64,000 nt of DNA from an uncultured delta proteobacterium (GTDB lineage: Bacteria; Desulfobacterota; Binatia; UBA9968), in assembly GCA_963760795.1 (NCBI GenBank), contig CAVXEP010000013.1, forward strand, positions 244,919 through 308,918. The letters run 5' to 3'. The notes under the pieces are model-generated. The model saw only the letters and a program-made list of their open reading frames with translations, made no database searches and was not told the DNA's origin. The position numbers were made by a program, and so were the translations under genes. Shown in pieces: positions 21,517 to 32,265 of this stretch (positions are counted from its first letter, which is position 1; each line of letters starts with the position of its first letter).

Positions 21517-22664
21517 CTACTTCCCCTTATCCGCTCCGGCCATGATGTCTTTGGCCAGATCGAAGATCGGTTTCATATCACCATATTCGGGTTTTACAAC
21601 ATCGAAGTATTTCATTCCCGGCTGCAACCGGTTTTCCGGCGGGATGTCGTCTTTGGGGATATCGATGCGCCGCGAGTTGGCCGGATCGTCGACATCGCCG
21701 AGCTTCTGCAAAGCGATCTGGCCTCGGCGCGAGAGAAACCAGTTGAGGAAAACTTTGGCGGCATTGGGATGCGGCGCCTGATTCAGGTAGCTCACTGAAC
21801 CGCCGCCGGCGGAGAAGCTCGAACCCTTCTTTCCAATGATTGGTATCGAAATCGTCCACCGGCAACCCCTGCTTTTTCGCCCGCGCCGAATCTTTGCAGC
21901 CCATGCAGATGGCGTACTTCCCTTGCGCCAGCCAGTTGGTCATCTGCTGGAAGTTCTTTGCGTAAGTAATCTCCATGCCGCCGAAGAATTTCTTCATGAA
22001 CTCCGGGCCGATTTCCGGGCTGTAATAGTAGAACTGCATGGTCGCGCCCAGGCCGGTATCGCGCGGATCGAGGGAGACGATCTTACTTTTCCACTTGGGA
22101 TTGATCACGTCGGCGTAGGATTTGAACTCTTTCGGATTGACCAGATTGGTATTGTAGGCCAGCTGGGCGTTGCTCGGCGAGCCGATGAAGGCGAAGATAT
22201 ATTTCCCCTCCGGATCGGCGTAGCGATGCTCCTTGCCGTACCATTTGGAGAGATCGGTGACTTCGGGGAGAATCAGCAGCGGCTTGAATCGGATCGAGCG
22301 CTTTGCCTTTGTAGAGCGTGTTGTAAAGACTGTTGGTGCCGCCGCTGTAAACGTCGGCGATAAACTTACCGCCGCGCCGCTCGGCCATGATGCGGTTGGT
22401 CAGATCGTTGCCCCGGCCGGTCACCGCGACAACGTTGATGCCGGGATAGTCGCGTTTGAAATCCTGCAGCAAGCCCTCGTAGCGGTAAATGTAGACGGTG
22501 ACCTGCCCCTCTTTCTTAGCCGCGGCCAGGGTCTGCTCCCAGTCCTTTTTCCAGTCGAATTGGGCCGCCTGCGTGTGCGCCGCTAGCAGGAATAATGCTA
22601 ACGCGGCCAAAAAGGTACGGGCGAAAAATCTTTCGCCCCTACAATACTTTTTACGGTTAATCAT
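21517..22664 (-). CDS. Extracellular solute-binding protein paralog, frameshifted
   Basis: Three fragments (22083-22664, 21578-22108, 21517-21795) reconstruct a full paralog closely similar to 22991-24092. Confidence 0.8.
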
Positions 22665-22990
22665 GCGCGACGTTTCTCCACTCCGATCGATCTTCGAACC
22701 GACCTCATGCACCGGCAGAATATTTCCCGATGGGCATGCCAATGTCAACCGGCGAATTGGCTCGATGAATGCATTATGAATCGGCATGCCCCTAATGACT
22801 CTTCAGACGTCCATGTGGCGTAACCTGGCGCTGTCGACGAAATTTCATTCAGCCACGAAAGATCACGAAGGTTTCGGAAGATCAAAATTCCGAACTTCGT
22901 GAACTCTTCGTGTCGCTTCGTGAGTGAACGACTGTCGCTGATCTTCTTGGATCGCATTCAGCGCACCGTCTAATTGCGAGGCCATTCCGT

Positions 22991-24092
22991 CTACTTCTTC
23001 GCTTCGATGCGCCGCCATGATCTCCCTGGCCAGATCGGCGATCGGCTTCAAATCGGCATACTCGGGTTTGACCACGTCGAAATACCTGCCCTCTGGTGAC
23101 ATGCGGTTCGATGGCAGAACATCGTCCTTGGGAATATCGATGCGCCGCGAATTGGGCGCATCGTCGACGTCGCCGAGCTTTTGCAAGGCGATCTGCCCAC
23201 GCCGCGACAGGAACCAATTGATAAAAACCTTGGCCGCGTTGGGGTGCGGCGCCTGATTCAAATAACTGAGCGAACCGCCGCCTGACGAAAAACTCGATCC
23301 CTCCTTCCACCGGGTCGTATCGAAGTCGTCCACCGGCAGTCCCTGGTTCTTAGCGCGCATGGAATCCTTGCAGCCAAAGCACAGGGCGTAGCGCCCCTGG
23401 GCCAGCCAGTCGGTCATCTGGCGGAAATTCTTGGCGAACTGGATGTCCATGGTGCTAAAGAATTTTTTGATAAATTCCGCGCCGAGTTCCGGGTGATAGT
23501 AGAAAAACTGCATGGTGCCGCCCAAGCCGCCGTCGCGCGGATCGAGGGAGACGATTTTACCCTTCCACTTGGGCTGCGTGACATCCCAATAGGATTTGAA
23601 TTCCTTGGGACTCACCTGACTCGTGTTAAAAGCTAACTGAGCGTCGCTCGGACTGGCGAGATAGGCGAAAACATATTTCCCCTCAGCGTCGGCGTAGCGG
23701 TGCTCCTTGCCATACCACTTCGACTCATCGACGACTTCGGGCAGGCTCAACAGCGGTTTGATCGGGTCAAGCGCCTTGCCTTTGTAGAGAACGTTATAGT
23801 TGCCGCCGGTTCCCGCGCTATAGACATCCGCGATGAACTTGCCTGCCCGCCGTTCAGCCATGACGCGGTTAGTCAGCTCGTTACCCCGTCCGGTCACGGC
23901 GACCACGTTGATACCGGGAAACTCCCGCTTGAAATCCTGCAGCAAACCCTCATAGCGATAGATGTAAACCGTGACCTGCCCTTCCTTCTTGGCGGCAGTC
24001 ACCATCTGTTCCCATTCTTCCTTCCAATTGCCTGGATCTGCGGCGATAGCGCTTGCCGCGATGCCGAGCAAGTACGCTAACAGCACCGCCAC
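22991..24092 (-). CDS. Extracellular solute-binding protein paralog
   Basis: 'AAKKEGQVTVY', 'AERRAGK', 'APHPNAAKVFINW'. Probable true stop TAG at 22991 after a terminal indel; start uncertain. Confidence 0.85.
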
Positions 24093-24222
24093 CCATTTTG
24101 GATTTTGGATTTAGATTTTGGATTGGGGACATAAGAAATTCATCGACGCCGCAATTCGAAAAATCGGTCTTTTTTCGAGAATCCAAAATTCAAAAGCGAG
24201 CCCCGCAGACGATAATCGATAA

Positions 24223-25252
24223 TCATTTGATCACCCTATCCGCTCGCGCCAAGCACCTCCGGCGGAATCGTCACGCCGATCTGCTTCGCCGTTTTCAAAT
24301 TAATGACCAGTTCAAACTTCATCGGTTGCTGCACAGGAAGGTCAGCAGGCTTCGTTCCTTTGAGGATTTTGTCCACGTAGACGGCGGCGCGCCGGAATTG
24401 ATCGCGCCGGTCATGTCCATAAGAGATGAGACCGCCGGCCTCGGACCACTCGGGGTTGCCACACATCGTCGGAATGCGGATCTTGGCCGCAAGATCCAAG
24501 AGCGTTGTTCGATGAAAAGCAGTGAAACTACCGAGAAATATAATCAGAGCCTGCGCGCGTTCCTTGGTCATCGCCGTGTAGGCGCTCTGGAACTGGTTGG
24601 GTTCCAGCATATGCAAGGGTTGAATCTGCAGTCCCAAGGTCTTTGCCGCTGTCTGAGCCTCTCTCAGTTCTTCCTGGTCCCCACCCGGACCGCCATGGTA
24701 AAGCACCGCCACGCGAGAAACCTTGGGAAGTGTTTCCCTGAGAAGCTGTAGCCGCTTTGCGCTTAAATCCGGATCGATGCTCGTAAACCCCGTAACGTTT
24801 CCACCTGGTCGCGCCAGACTGGCAACCAGGCCCTCACCGACGAGATCACCCGCGTTACCGACGAGGATAGGAATTGTACTGGTTGCTTGCTTGGCAGCAA
24901 CGGTTGCTTGCGTGCCGAAAGTTACGATGATATCCACAGGAAGATTGACGAGCTCCGCTGCTAAAATACCATAGCGCTCCTCTTTACCTTCGGCAAAGCG
25001 GTATTCGACTGAGATGTTTTGCCCCTCAATATAACTTAACTCCCGCAATCCTTGGCGTAATGCCTCAATATTAGTTGGCATTGGAGAAGAACGCGCGCCG
25101 GAGAGCAATCCAATCCGGAAAACTTTCTTCGTCGGCTGCGCCTCAACCACCGCCGCCGACAGTGTGTATGCGATAACGATGGCGAGGAACCCAGCCCATT
25201 TTAGCTTGTCTGAAAAAGAATTCAGAACCTGGGGAACAGATTTATCATTCAT
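24223..25252 (-). CDS. ABC transporter substrate-binding protein (ABC_sub_bind type)
   Basis: Family motifs present. A terminal indel hides 'VLARADRVIK*' with TGA at 24223. Confidence 0.88.
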
Positions 25253-25291
25253 GCATTTTTTCTCCGTTAATCCAACATCGAAAATCCAAGA

Positions 25292-25372
25292 TCACTTTCG
25301 CCGTTGTTCCAACAATTCCTTGACGAACTTACGGATCGGTTCTTGATCCATCCACTCGGCGCGATCGGCGAA
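25292..25372 (-). repeat. 81-nt duplicate of the 3' end of SBP gene 26255-27394
   Basis: Direct repeat of 26255-26335 with 4 substitutions, including the stop codon. Confidence 0.9.
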
Positions 25373-25573
25373 GTGCGAACGATCGATCATTCAACTGTCT
25401 TCTCAAAGCCAGCACAGACTAATCCCGAGCCTTCTATCGTGTCAATTCTTCGACTGCCGCTAGTTTCGGTTTTCGCATTAACTCGAAATTCGAACCCCGA
25501 GAATGCTGCCTACTGCCACCTAACTGTATTATCTCCTGACCTTGTGCTACTTTGAATCGCACACAGAACCAAA

Positions 25574-25885
25574 ATGAAAAAAAGCGGGAATTTAACACGG
25601 CAACGGATTCTGAAGTCCCTAAAAGACCGACCGGAAATGCTACGGAAATATACGGTTAAGAGAATCGGCCTGTTCGGCTCCTATGCCACGGGCAAGCAGA
25701 CGCCGAGAAGCGACATTGATTTTTTAGTCGACTTTGAAAAGCCCACCTTTGACAATTTCATCGGATTGAATTCCCATCTTGAGCGGCTGTTTAAAAGAAA
25801 AATCGACCTAATCACCGACGGCAGCCTCAGCCCCCATATCAAACCATACGTCGAGAAGCAGATCCGGTGGCATGAAGTCGAATGA
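25574..25885 (+). CDS. Minimal nucleotidyltransferase (MNT) antitoxin
   Basis: 'GLFGSYA.G.....SDIDFLVDF'. Confidence 0.9.
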   Translation: MKKSGNLTRQRILKSLKDRPEMLRKYTVKRIGLFGSYATGKQTPRSDIDFLVDFEKPTFDNFIGLNSHLERLFKRKIDLITDGSLSPHIKPYVEKQIRWHEVE

Positions 25886-26207
25886 AGTTTTTCTCAGGCA
25901 TGTGCTCGATGAGATTACTTTCTTATTGGAGCATACGCGGGGGTTGAGTTTCGATGACCTTATGGAAGATGCCGTGCTGCAACGCGCCTGTGCGCGAAGC
26001 TTTGAAATTATGGGTGAAGCCGTGAAGCACATTTCCAATGACTTCAGAAGGAAACACAAGGAAATCGACTGGAGAAATATCGCCGGCATGAGAGATAAGC
26101 TAATCCACCAGTACTTTGGCGTAAACTGGAATATCTTGTGGGACGTAATAAAAGAGAAACTGCCAGGCGTTCAGATTCACCTTGAGAAGATCTTAGAAAG
26201 AAAATAG
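25872..26207 (+). CDS. HEPN (DUF86) toxin
   Basis: 'EIMGEAVK' and RxxxxH 'RDKLIH'; overlaps the MNT gene. Confidence 0.9.
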   Translation: MKSNEVFLRHVLDEITFLLEHTRGLSFDDLMEDAVLQRACARSFEIMGEAVKHISNDFRRKHKEIDWRNIAGMRDKLIHQYFGVNWNILWDVIKEKLPGVQIHLEKILERK

Positions 26208-26254
26208 TCTGTCGACCCGTTATTTTCATTTCTCTTCCAATTTAATATCTAGAA

Positions 26255-27394
26255 TCACTTTCGCCGTTGTTCCAACAATTCCTTGACGAACTTACGGATC
26301 GGCTCCTGATCCATCCACTCGGCGCGGTCGACGAACGGATAGCGGGCTTCATCCGCGTTGGCGGGCCGGCGGTTGCCGCGCGGCACTTTGTCTTTGGGGA
26401 TATCGATGCGCAGCGAATCCGGCCCTTCTTCGCCGGTGGTGAAGATCCGCTGATAGTGCATCTGCCCTTCGCGCGAGAGCAGCCAGTTGAGCGCGACTTT
26501 GGCGGCGTTGGCGTGGGGCGCTTTGTTGAGCAACGCCGTGCCGCCTGAACCGGCGGTGAGATAAGCGCCTTCTTTCAACTGCTCGGGATCGAACCAGTCT
26601 ACGGGTATCCCCTGGGTCTGCATGACATCGAGATCCATGCGCGCCACCGGCGCGAAGATCGATAACGCAAACTTTCCACCCGCCAACCAGTCGCCCATCT
26701 GGCGCGTGTCGCTGCTGATGACGATGTCGGTTTCGGTCAGCACCCGGCGGATGAATTCCTTGCCCAAACTCTTGCTGTGATAGAAAAACCGCATGGCGTC
26801 GCCGGAGCCGCCCAAGTTGGGATCGTAGCCGACGACCTTGCCTTTCCATTTGGGATTGAGAATGTCCCAGTAGGACTTGATCTCGCCGGGAGCGACGAGC
26901 TTGGTATTAAAACCCATGACGATGCGCCCGCCGCCGTTGAAGTTTAACAAATACTTGCCTTCAGGATCGACGTAGTGGTGTTTTTTCTGCCACCACTTCG
27001 ACAGGTCGGTGACTTCCGGCAACACCAACACCGGCGGGATCGGGTCGAGCACTTTGGCTTTGTAGAAAACATTGTAGCCGGTGGTCAGCCCATTGAGATA
27101 AAGATCGACCAGAAACTTATCCGCGCGCCGCTCCGCCATCAGCCGCTTGGCGACATCCGCGCCGCGGCCAAACACCCCGGTCACTTTGATCTCAGGATAC
27201 TTCTTGTGAAACTCAGCAAAGAGCTTCTCGAACTCATCGCTGCCGTAAAGAACCAGCTGCCCTTCCTTTTTCGCCGCCTCGATCGTCTTCTCCCAATCGG
27301 CTTTCCACGCATCGGCCTGGGCAGCGCGTGCTACATTCACACCGCACAAAGAGTAAATGGCGACAGCAAGAAAAGTTAACGTCGCAATCTTCAT
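26255..27394 (-). CDS. Extracellular solute-binding protein paralog
   Basis: Intact 379-aa ORF with signal peptide and family motifs. Confidence 0.9.
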   Translation of the reverse strand: MKIATLTFLAVAIYSLCGVNVARAAQADAWKADWEKTIEAAKKEGQLVLYGSDEFEKLFAEFHKKYPEIKVTGVFGRGADVAKRLMAERRADKFLVDLYLNGLTTGYNVFYKAKVLDPIPPVLVLPEVTDLSKWWQKKHHYVDPEGKYLLNFNGGGRIVMGFNTKLVAPGEIKSYWDILNPKWKGKVVGYDPNLGGSGDAMRFFYHSKSLGKEFIRRVLTETDIVISSDTRQMGDWLAGGKFALSIFAPVARMDLDVMQTQGIPVDWFDPEQLKEGAYLTAGSGGTALLNKAPHANAAKVALNWLLSREGQMHYQRIFTTGEEGPDSLRIDIPKDKVPRGNRRPANADEARYPFVDRAEWMDQEPIRKFVKELLEQRRK

Positions 27395-27492
27395 TCGTTC
27401 TCCTATACAATACTTATTTCTTCATCCCGCCAATCCTCGACGCAAAATTTCCGACAAAGCGTTATTTTGCCTTTTTTATTTTTACTTTTGCC

Positions 27493-28481
27493 TTATCTGA
27501 TGACTTTATCCGCCCGATACAGCACCGACTGCGGCACCGTCACGCCGATCTTGTTTGGCGGTGTTAAGATTGATCACGAACTCAAACTTGGTCGGTCGCT
27601 CGATCGGGAATGTCCGCGGGTTTGGCGCCTTTGAGAATCTTGTCCACGTAAGTGGCCGCGCGTCGGTAGGATTCGAGAAAACTTGCGCCATAGGACATCA
27701 GTAAGCCAGCGTCAGCAAATTCCTTGACCCCGCTTACCGCCGGCAGACGATGCTTGAGAGTAAGTCCCACGATCTGTTTGCGGTGCGTGTTGAACACCGG
27801 ATCGCCGAGGACCTGTAGCGCCCTCGTGCGCTCACTGACTATCGCTGCGAAGGCGCGGTCAATTTCCTCGGGATCGCGCGCCTGCAGGCTCTGCAGCTTT
27901 ACGCCTAATGCTTTGGCCGTGACTTCCACCTCTCGCAGTTGCGCGGCCTGGAACACTGGATTCGCCGGATTCCAAAGCGCTGCCACTCGGGAGATTTTCG
28001 GCAGAGTTTCCTTGAGTAGCCCCAGGGGTTTCCCAGCGGTCTCGGCAGTCATCGTAGATGTTCCGGTGAGATTCCCACCCGGCCGCGCGAGGCTGGCGAC
28101 AAGCCCGGACCCCACGGGATCGGAAACGGCCACCATCACGACCGGGATCGTCGCGGTTGCGGCCTTCGCTGCCAACGACGGTTGCGTCACCGCCGCGACA
28201 ATCACGTCGACCTTGAGACGAACTAAATCCGCGGCAAGTTCCGGCAACCGCTCGAACTTGCCGTCGGCACATCGGTATTCAATCGCGATATTCTTCCCCT
28301 CCACGTATCCAAGGTCGCGCAGACCTTGGAGGAATGCCTCGGTGAGATGCGCACTGCCAGCGCGCCCAACCGCAGTGAGATAGCCGAGCCGCGCCATTTT
28401 CCCCGGCTGCTGCGCGTCGACGAACTGCACAAAGGCGAAAATCACAGTGAGAACCGCGAGACCGAGGAGTTTTTTCTTCAT
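27493..28481 (-). CDS. ABC transporter substrate-binding protein (ABC_sub_bind type), C-terminal indels
   Basis: Family motifs. 'PIERPTKFEFVINL' lies in a shifted frame and 'ADKVIR*' ends at 27493. Confidence 0.88.
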
Positions 28482-28514
28482 GGACCTCCCGTTAACACAG
28501 CAGGCAACGCGTTT

Positions 28515-28574
28515 GTAGGGGCAATCCCCTGTGGTTGCCCTCCGACCGGGCAGGCACGGGGGCCTAGCCCCTAC
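28515..28574. repeat. GTAG-type REP doublet
   Basis: GTAGGGGCAATCCCCTGTGGTTGCCC ... GGGCAGGCACGGGGGCCTAGCCCCTAC. Confidence 0.65.
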
Positions 28575-28595
28575 AAGATGATCACGACACCGTTA

Positions 28596-29696
28596 CTAAT
28601 TTTTACCTGCACTCTTCAGCGCTTCATTCACGACATCGATGATCGGCTTCATCTCGATCCACTCGGGCTTGCCGGTGTCGAGATACTTGATTCCGTCCAA
28701 CCGGCGATTGTCGTAGGGCACTTCTTCTTTGGGAATGTCGATGCGCAGCGAATCGGCCGGGCTTTCCGCGTTCATCGTTCGTCTTTGCAGCGCAATCTGG
28801 CCGGCGCGCGACAGCAGCCAATTGATGAAAACCTTGGCGGCGTTGGGATGGGGCGCGCGGTTCACCAGCGCCAGGGTGCCGAACTGCTGCACCAGGCCGC
28901 CGCCTTCTTTAAAAACTTTCGGACCGAAGGTGTCCACCGGCAACCCTTGCCGCTTCAAGACATCGACGTCGCAAAAAAAGCAGATCGCATATTTCCCCGT
29001 GGCCAGCCAATCCGGCCCCTGGCGAAAGTCGCGAAACAAAGTCGCGTCCATCTCGCCAAACAGTTTGCGAATGAATGACGGCCCTAGCTCCGAATTGTAG
29101 TAAAAGAACCGCGTATTCCCCGCCCCCGGCCCCGCCTCACGGATATCGCGAATCGCGATCTTGCCTTTCCACTTCGGCTGCAAGAGATCGCCGTAAGACT
29201 TGAACTCTTTCACGTCGACGAGCTTGGTGTGGTAGCTGATCGAGCCGTAGGTCGCCGAGCCGACATAGTTGAATACATACTGTCCGTCGGGGTCGGAATA
29301 CTGATGCTTCTTCAGATACCACTTCGACGGGTCGGTGACTTCCGGCAAGATCAGCGCCGGCTTGATTGGATCGAGCGCCTTGGCGACGTGAAACTGTTGG
29401 TAATTGGGATTCGCCCCGGTGCTGGAAACATCGGCGATAAATTTTTCCGCGCGCCGTTCCGCCAGCAGACGCGGTCCAAGTTGATTACCGCGCCCGGTGA
29501 CCGCGACAACTTTGATCTCAGGAAATTCTTTCTCGAAGTCCGGCAGAATCGCCTCATAGCCGCTGATGTAAACGACGACCTGCCCTTCCTTCTTGGCGCC
29601 GTCGAGAGTCTTTTCCCATTCCAGCTGCCAAGCAGGCTTGGCTTGAGCCGCGAACGCAGAGTTGATCGCTATCACAAACCCCAAGGCATAGACCAT
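28596..29696 (-). CDS. Extracellular solute-binding protein paralog
   Basis: Family motifs; highly similar to the two upstream paralogs; start uncertain. Confidence 0.88.
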   Translation of the reverse strand: MVYALGFVIAINSAFAAQAKPAWQLEWEKTLDGAKKEGQVVVYISGYEAILPDFEKEFPEIKVVAVTGRGNQLGPRLLAERRAEKFIADVSSTGANPNYQQFHVAKALDPIKPALILPEVTDPSKWYLKKHQYSDPDGQYVFNYVGSATYGSISYHTKLVDVKEFKSYGDLLQPKWKGKIAIRDIREAGPGAGNTRFFYYNSELGPSFIRKLFGEMDATLFRDFRQGPDWLATGKYAICFFCDVDVLKRQGLPVDTFGPKVFKEGGGLVQQFGTLALVNRAPHPNAAKVFINWLLSRAGQIALQRRTMNAESPADSLRIDIPKEEVPYDNRRLDGIKYLDTGKPEWIEMKPIIDVVNEALKSAGKN

Positions 29697-29701
29697 TGGA
29701 A

Positions 29702-30988
29702 TTAAATTTCGTCAAACATAACATGCCGACTGTGAGACTTCTCCCAGACTTTGCGTCTTGGCGACCAATTGCGGAAACCAATCCGAAAGAAATCCGAGAT
29801 TCGAACGTCCACAATCGTCGCATCGTTCCTCCAAGCATCGCAAAGTCTTGGAAAATCCAATATTTCCCCGCCGCTCTTGAGCGCCTCATTGACAACATCG
29901 AGAATCGGTTTCATCTCGAGCATCTCGGGTCTTCCCGTGTCGACATACTTGACACCGTCCAGCCGCCGGTTTAGCAGCGGCACATCGTCTTTGGGAATGT
30001 CGATGCGCAGAGAGTCGCCGGGGCTTTCGCCGGTGCTCAAGCGCTTTTGCAGCGCGATCTGGCCGCGGCGCGACAATAGCCAATTGATAAAAACCTTGGC
30101 CGCGTTGGGATGTGGCGCGCGATTGACCAGCGTTAAAGTGCCGAATGCCTGGACCAAGCCACCGCCTTCTTTGAAAACCCGCGGCCCGAAGGTGTCCACC
30201 GGCAAGCCTTGCTGCTTCGCTATCTCCACGTCGCAGGAAAAACAGATGGCGAATTTTCCCGCCGCCAGCCAATCCGGCCCCTGGCGAAAATCACGAAACA
30301 AAGTCAGATTCATTTCGCCGTAGAGTTTGCGAATGAACGGCGCGCCTAACTCGGGATGATGAAAAAAGAACCGCGCGTTACCGCCGCCAGGGCCGGGCGC
30401 CCGGACATCGCGGGCGACGATTTTATCCTTCCATTTCGGACTGAGCAGATCCCAGTAGGATTTAAACTCCTTCGGGTCGACCAGCTTGGTGTTGTAATTC
30501 ACCGAGCCGTAGGTCGCCGAGCCGACATAATTGAAAACATATTGGCCCTCGGCGTCGGCGTAATGGTGCTTTCCCTCATACCATTTGGACGGGTCGGTAA
30601 TCTCCGGAAGAATCAGCGCCGCTTTGATCGGGTCCAAGACTTTGGCCGGATAGAGCTGCTGGTAGGTCGCATTGGCTCCCGTGCTGACGACATCGGCGAG
30701 ATACTTCTCGCCGCGCCGCTCGCTGATCAACCGCTGGACAATTTGCGCGCCGCGCGCCGGAACAGCCACGAGCTTGATTTCCGGAAATTCTTTTTCAAAG
30801 TCCGGCAGCACCGCTTCGTAACCGCCGATGTAGACAACGACCTGTCCTTCCTTTTTGGCGGCTTCGAGGGTTTTCTCCCATTCCTGTTGCCACGCGGGCT
30901 TTGGCTGAGCCGCCAAAGCAACCATCGCTAAGCCAAAGAAAACGATCGCCGAAAAAGAACTACTTAACGCGGCCACTCTTCGTCTCAA
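29702..30988 (-). CDS. Extracellular solute-binding protein paralog (true end probably near 29860)
   Basis: Family motifs. Homology to paralogs ends at 'EALK..GK'; the extension is likely due to an indel. Confidence 0.82.
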   Translation of the reverse strand: MRRRVAALSSSFSAIVFFGLAMVALAAQPKPAWQQEWEKTLEAAKKEGQVVVYIGGYEAVLPDFEKEFPEIKLVAVPARGAQIVQRLISERRGEKYLADVVSTGANATYQQLYPAKVLDPIKAALILPEITDPSKWYEGKHHYADAEGQYVFNYVGSATYGSVNYNTKLVDPKEFKSYWDLLSPKWKDKIVARDVRAPGPGGGNARFFFHHPELGAPFIRKLYGEMNLTLFRDFRQGPDWLAAGKFAICFSCDVEIAKQQGLPVDTFGPRVFKEGGGLVQAFGTLTLVNRAPHPNAAKVFINWLLSRRGQIALQKRLSTGESPGDSLRIDIPKDDVPLLNRRLDGVKYVDTGRPEMLEMKPILDVVNEALKSGGEILDFPRLCDAWRNDATIVDVRISDFFRIGFRNWSPRRKVWEKSHSRHVMFDEI

Positions 30989-31016
30989 TTTTCAATTCTC
31001 CATTGTCAATTATCCA

Positions 31017-32135
31017 TTAACTCTTCCCCGCCGCCTTGAGCGCTTCGTTCATGACGTCCAAGATCGGCTTCATCTCCTGCCATTCCGGACGGCTGGTGTC
31101 GAGGTACTTCACACCATCGAAGCGGCGTTGCAAAATCGGTATTTCGTCTTTAGGAATGTCGATACGCAGGGAATCGGTGGGATTCTCGGTTTTGAGCATA
31201 TTTTTCTGCAGGGCGATTTGGCCTCTGCGCGACAACAGCCAATTGATAAAAACCTTCGCCGCGTTGGGATGGGGCGCGCGATTGACCAGCCCGAGGGTAC
31301 CGAATTGCTGCACCAGGCCGGCGCCTTCCTTGAAAACTCCTGGGCCAATGGTGTCCACCGGCAGCCCCTGCTGCTTGGAGACATCGACTTCGCAAAAAAA
31401 GCAGATCGCCGCCTTGCCAACGGCAAGCCAGTCGCTTCCCTGGCGGTAGTCACGAAACAAAGTAGTGTCCATTTCGCCGTATAACTTGCGAATGAACGAG
31501 GGACCGACATCCGGCAGGTAATAGAACAAGCGCGCGTTACCCGAACCGGGGCCGGGCACGCGGACGTCCCGCGAAATGATTTTGCCTTTCCATTTAGGAT
31601 TGAGCAGGTCCCAATAGGATTTGAAATCCTTCACGTCGACCAACTTAGTGTTGTAGCTCACCGAGCCGTAGGTCGCGGTACCGACGTAACTGATAATGTA
31701 TTGGTTTTCCGGGTCGGCATAGTGGTGCCTGCCTTGGTACCACTTGGTCACGTCGTTGATCTCGGGCAACAATAACGCCGGCTTGATCGGGTCGAAGACT
31801 TTCGCCGGAAACAACTGTTGATAGGTGGTCACGCCGCCGGCGCTGACCACATCGGCAAGAAATTTGTCGGCGCGCCGCTCGGCGAGCAAACGCTGGCCGA
31901 CCTGGCTGCCGCGGCCGGTGATCGGCAAAACCTTAATTTCCGGATACTCCTTTTGGAAGTCGGGGAGATTCTCTTCATAGCCGCTGATATAAATCGCCAG
32001 CTGGCCTTCCTTCTTGGCCGCTTCGAGCGTCTTCTCCCACTCCACTTGCCACGCAGGCTTGGGTTGAGCGGCAAAGGCAGTATCGAACGCGCTTAGCAGC
32101 GCAATACATAGCAAAGGTAACAATCTTCTCAGCAT
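31017..32135 (-). CDS. Extracellular solute-binding protein paralog
   Basis: Intact 372-aa ORF with signal peptide. Confidence 0.9.
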   Translation of the reverse strand: MLRRLLPLLCIALLSAFDTAFAAQPKPAWQVEWEKTLEAAKKEGQLAIYISGYEENLPDFQKEYPEIKVLPITGRGSQVGQRLLAERRADKFLADVVSAGGVTTYQQLFPAKVFDPIKPALLLPEINDVTKWYQGRHHYADPENQYIISYVGTATYGSVSYNTKLVDVKDFKSYWDLLNPKWKGKIISRDVRVPGPGSGNARLFYYLPDVGPSFIRKLYGEMDTTLFRDYRQGSDWLAVGKAAICFFCEVDVSKQQGLPVDTIGPGVFKEGAGLVQQFGTLGLVNRAPHPNAAKVFINWLLSRRGQIALQKNMLKTENPTDSLRIDIPKDEIPILQRRFDGVKYLDTSRPEWQEMKPILDVMNEALKAAGKS

Positions 32136-32161
32136 AATTTTGGCTTCCTGTTTTACTTAGA

Positions 32162-32218
32162 TTTATCGGCGCGCCGCTCGGCGATCATGCGCTGCGCCAT
32201 CTGCGAACCGCGGGCGAT
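32162..32218 (-). pseudogene. Internal relic of a further SBP paralog
   Basis: Encodes IARGSQMAQRMIAERRADK, the conserved family motif, isolated in an intergenic gap. Confidence 0.7.
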
Positions 32219-32265
32219 AGTTTGGCAATAAATCTCTGACACAATTTGCGCATGAATCATTTACC

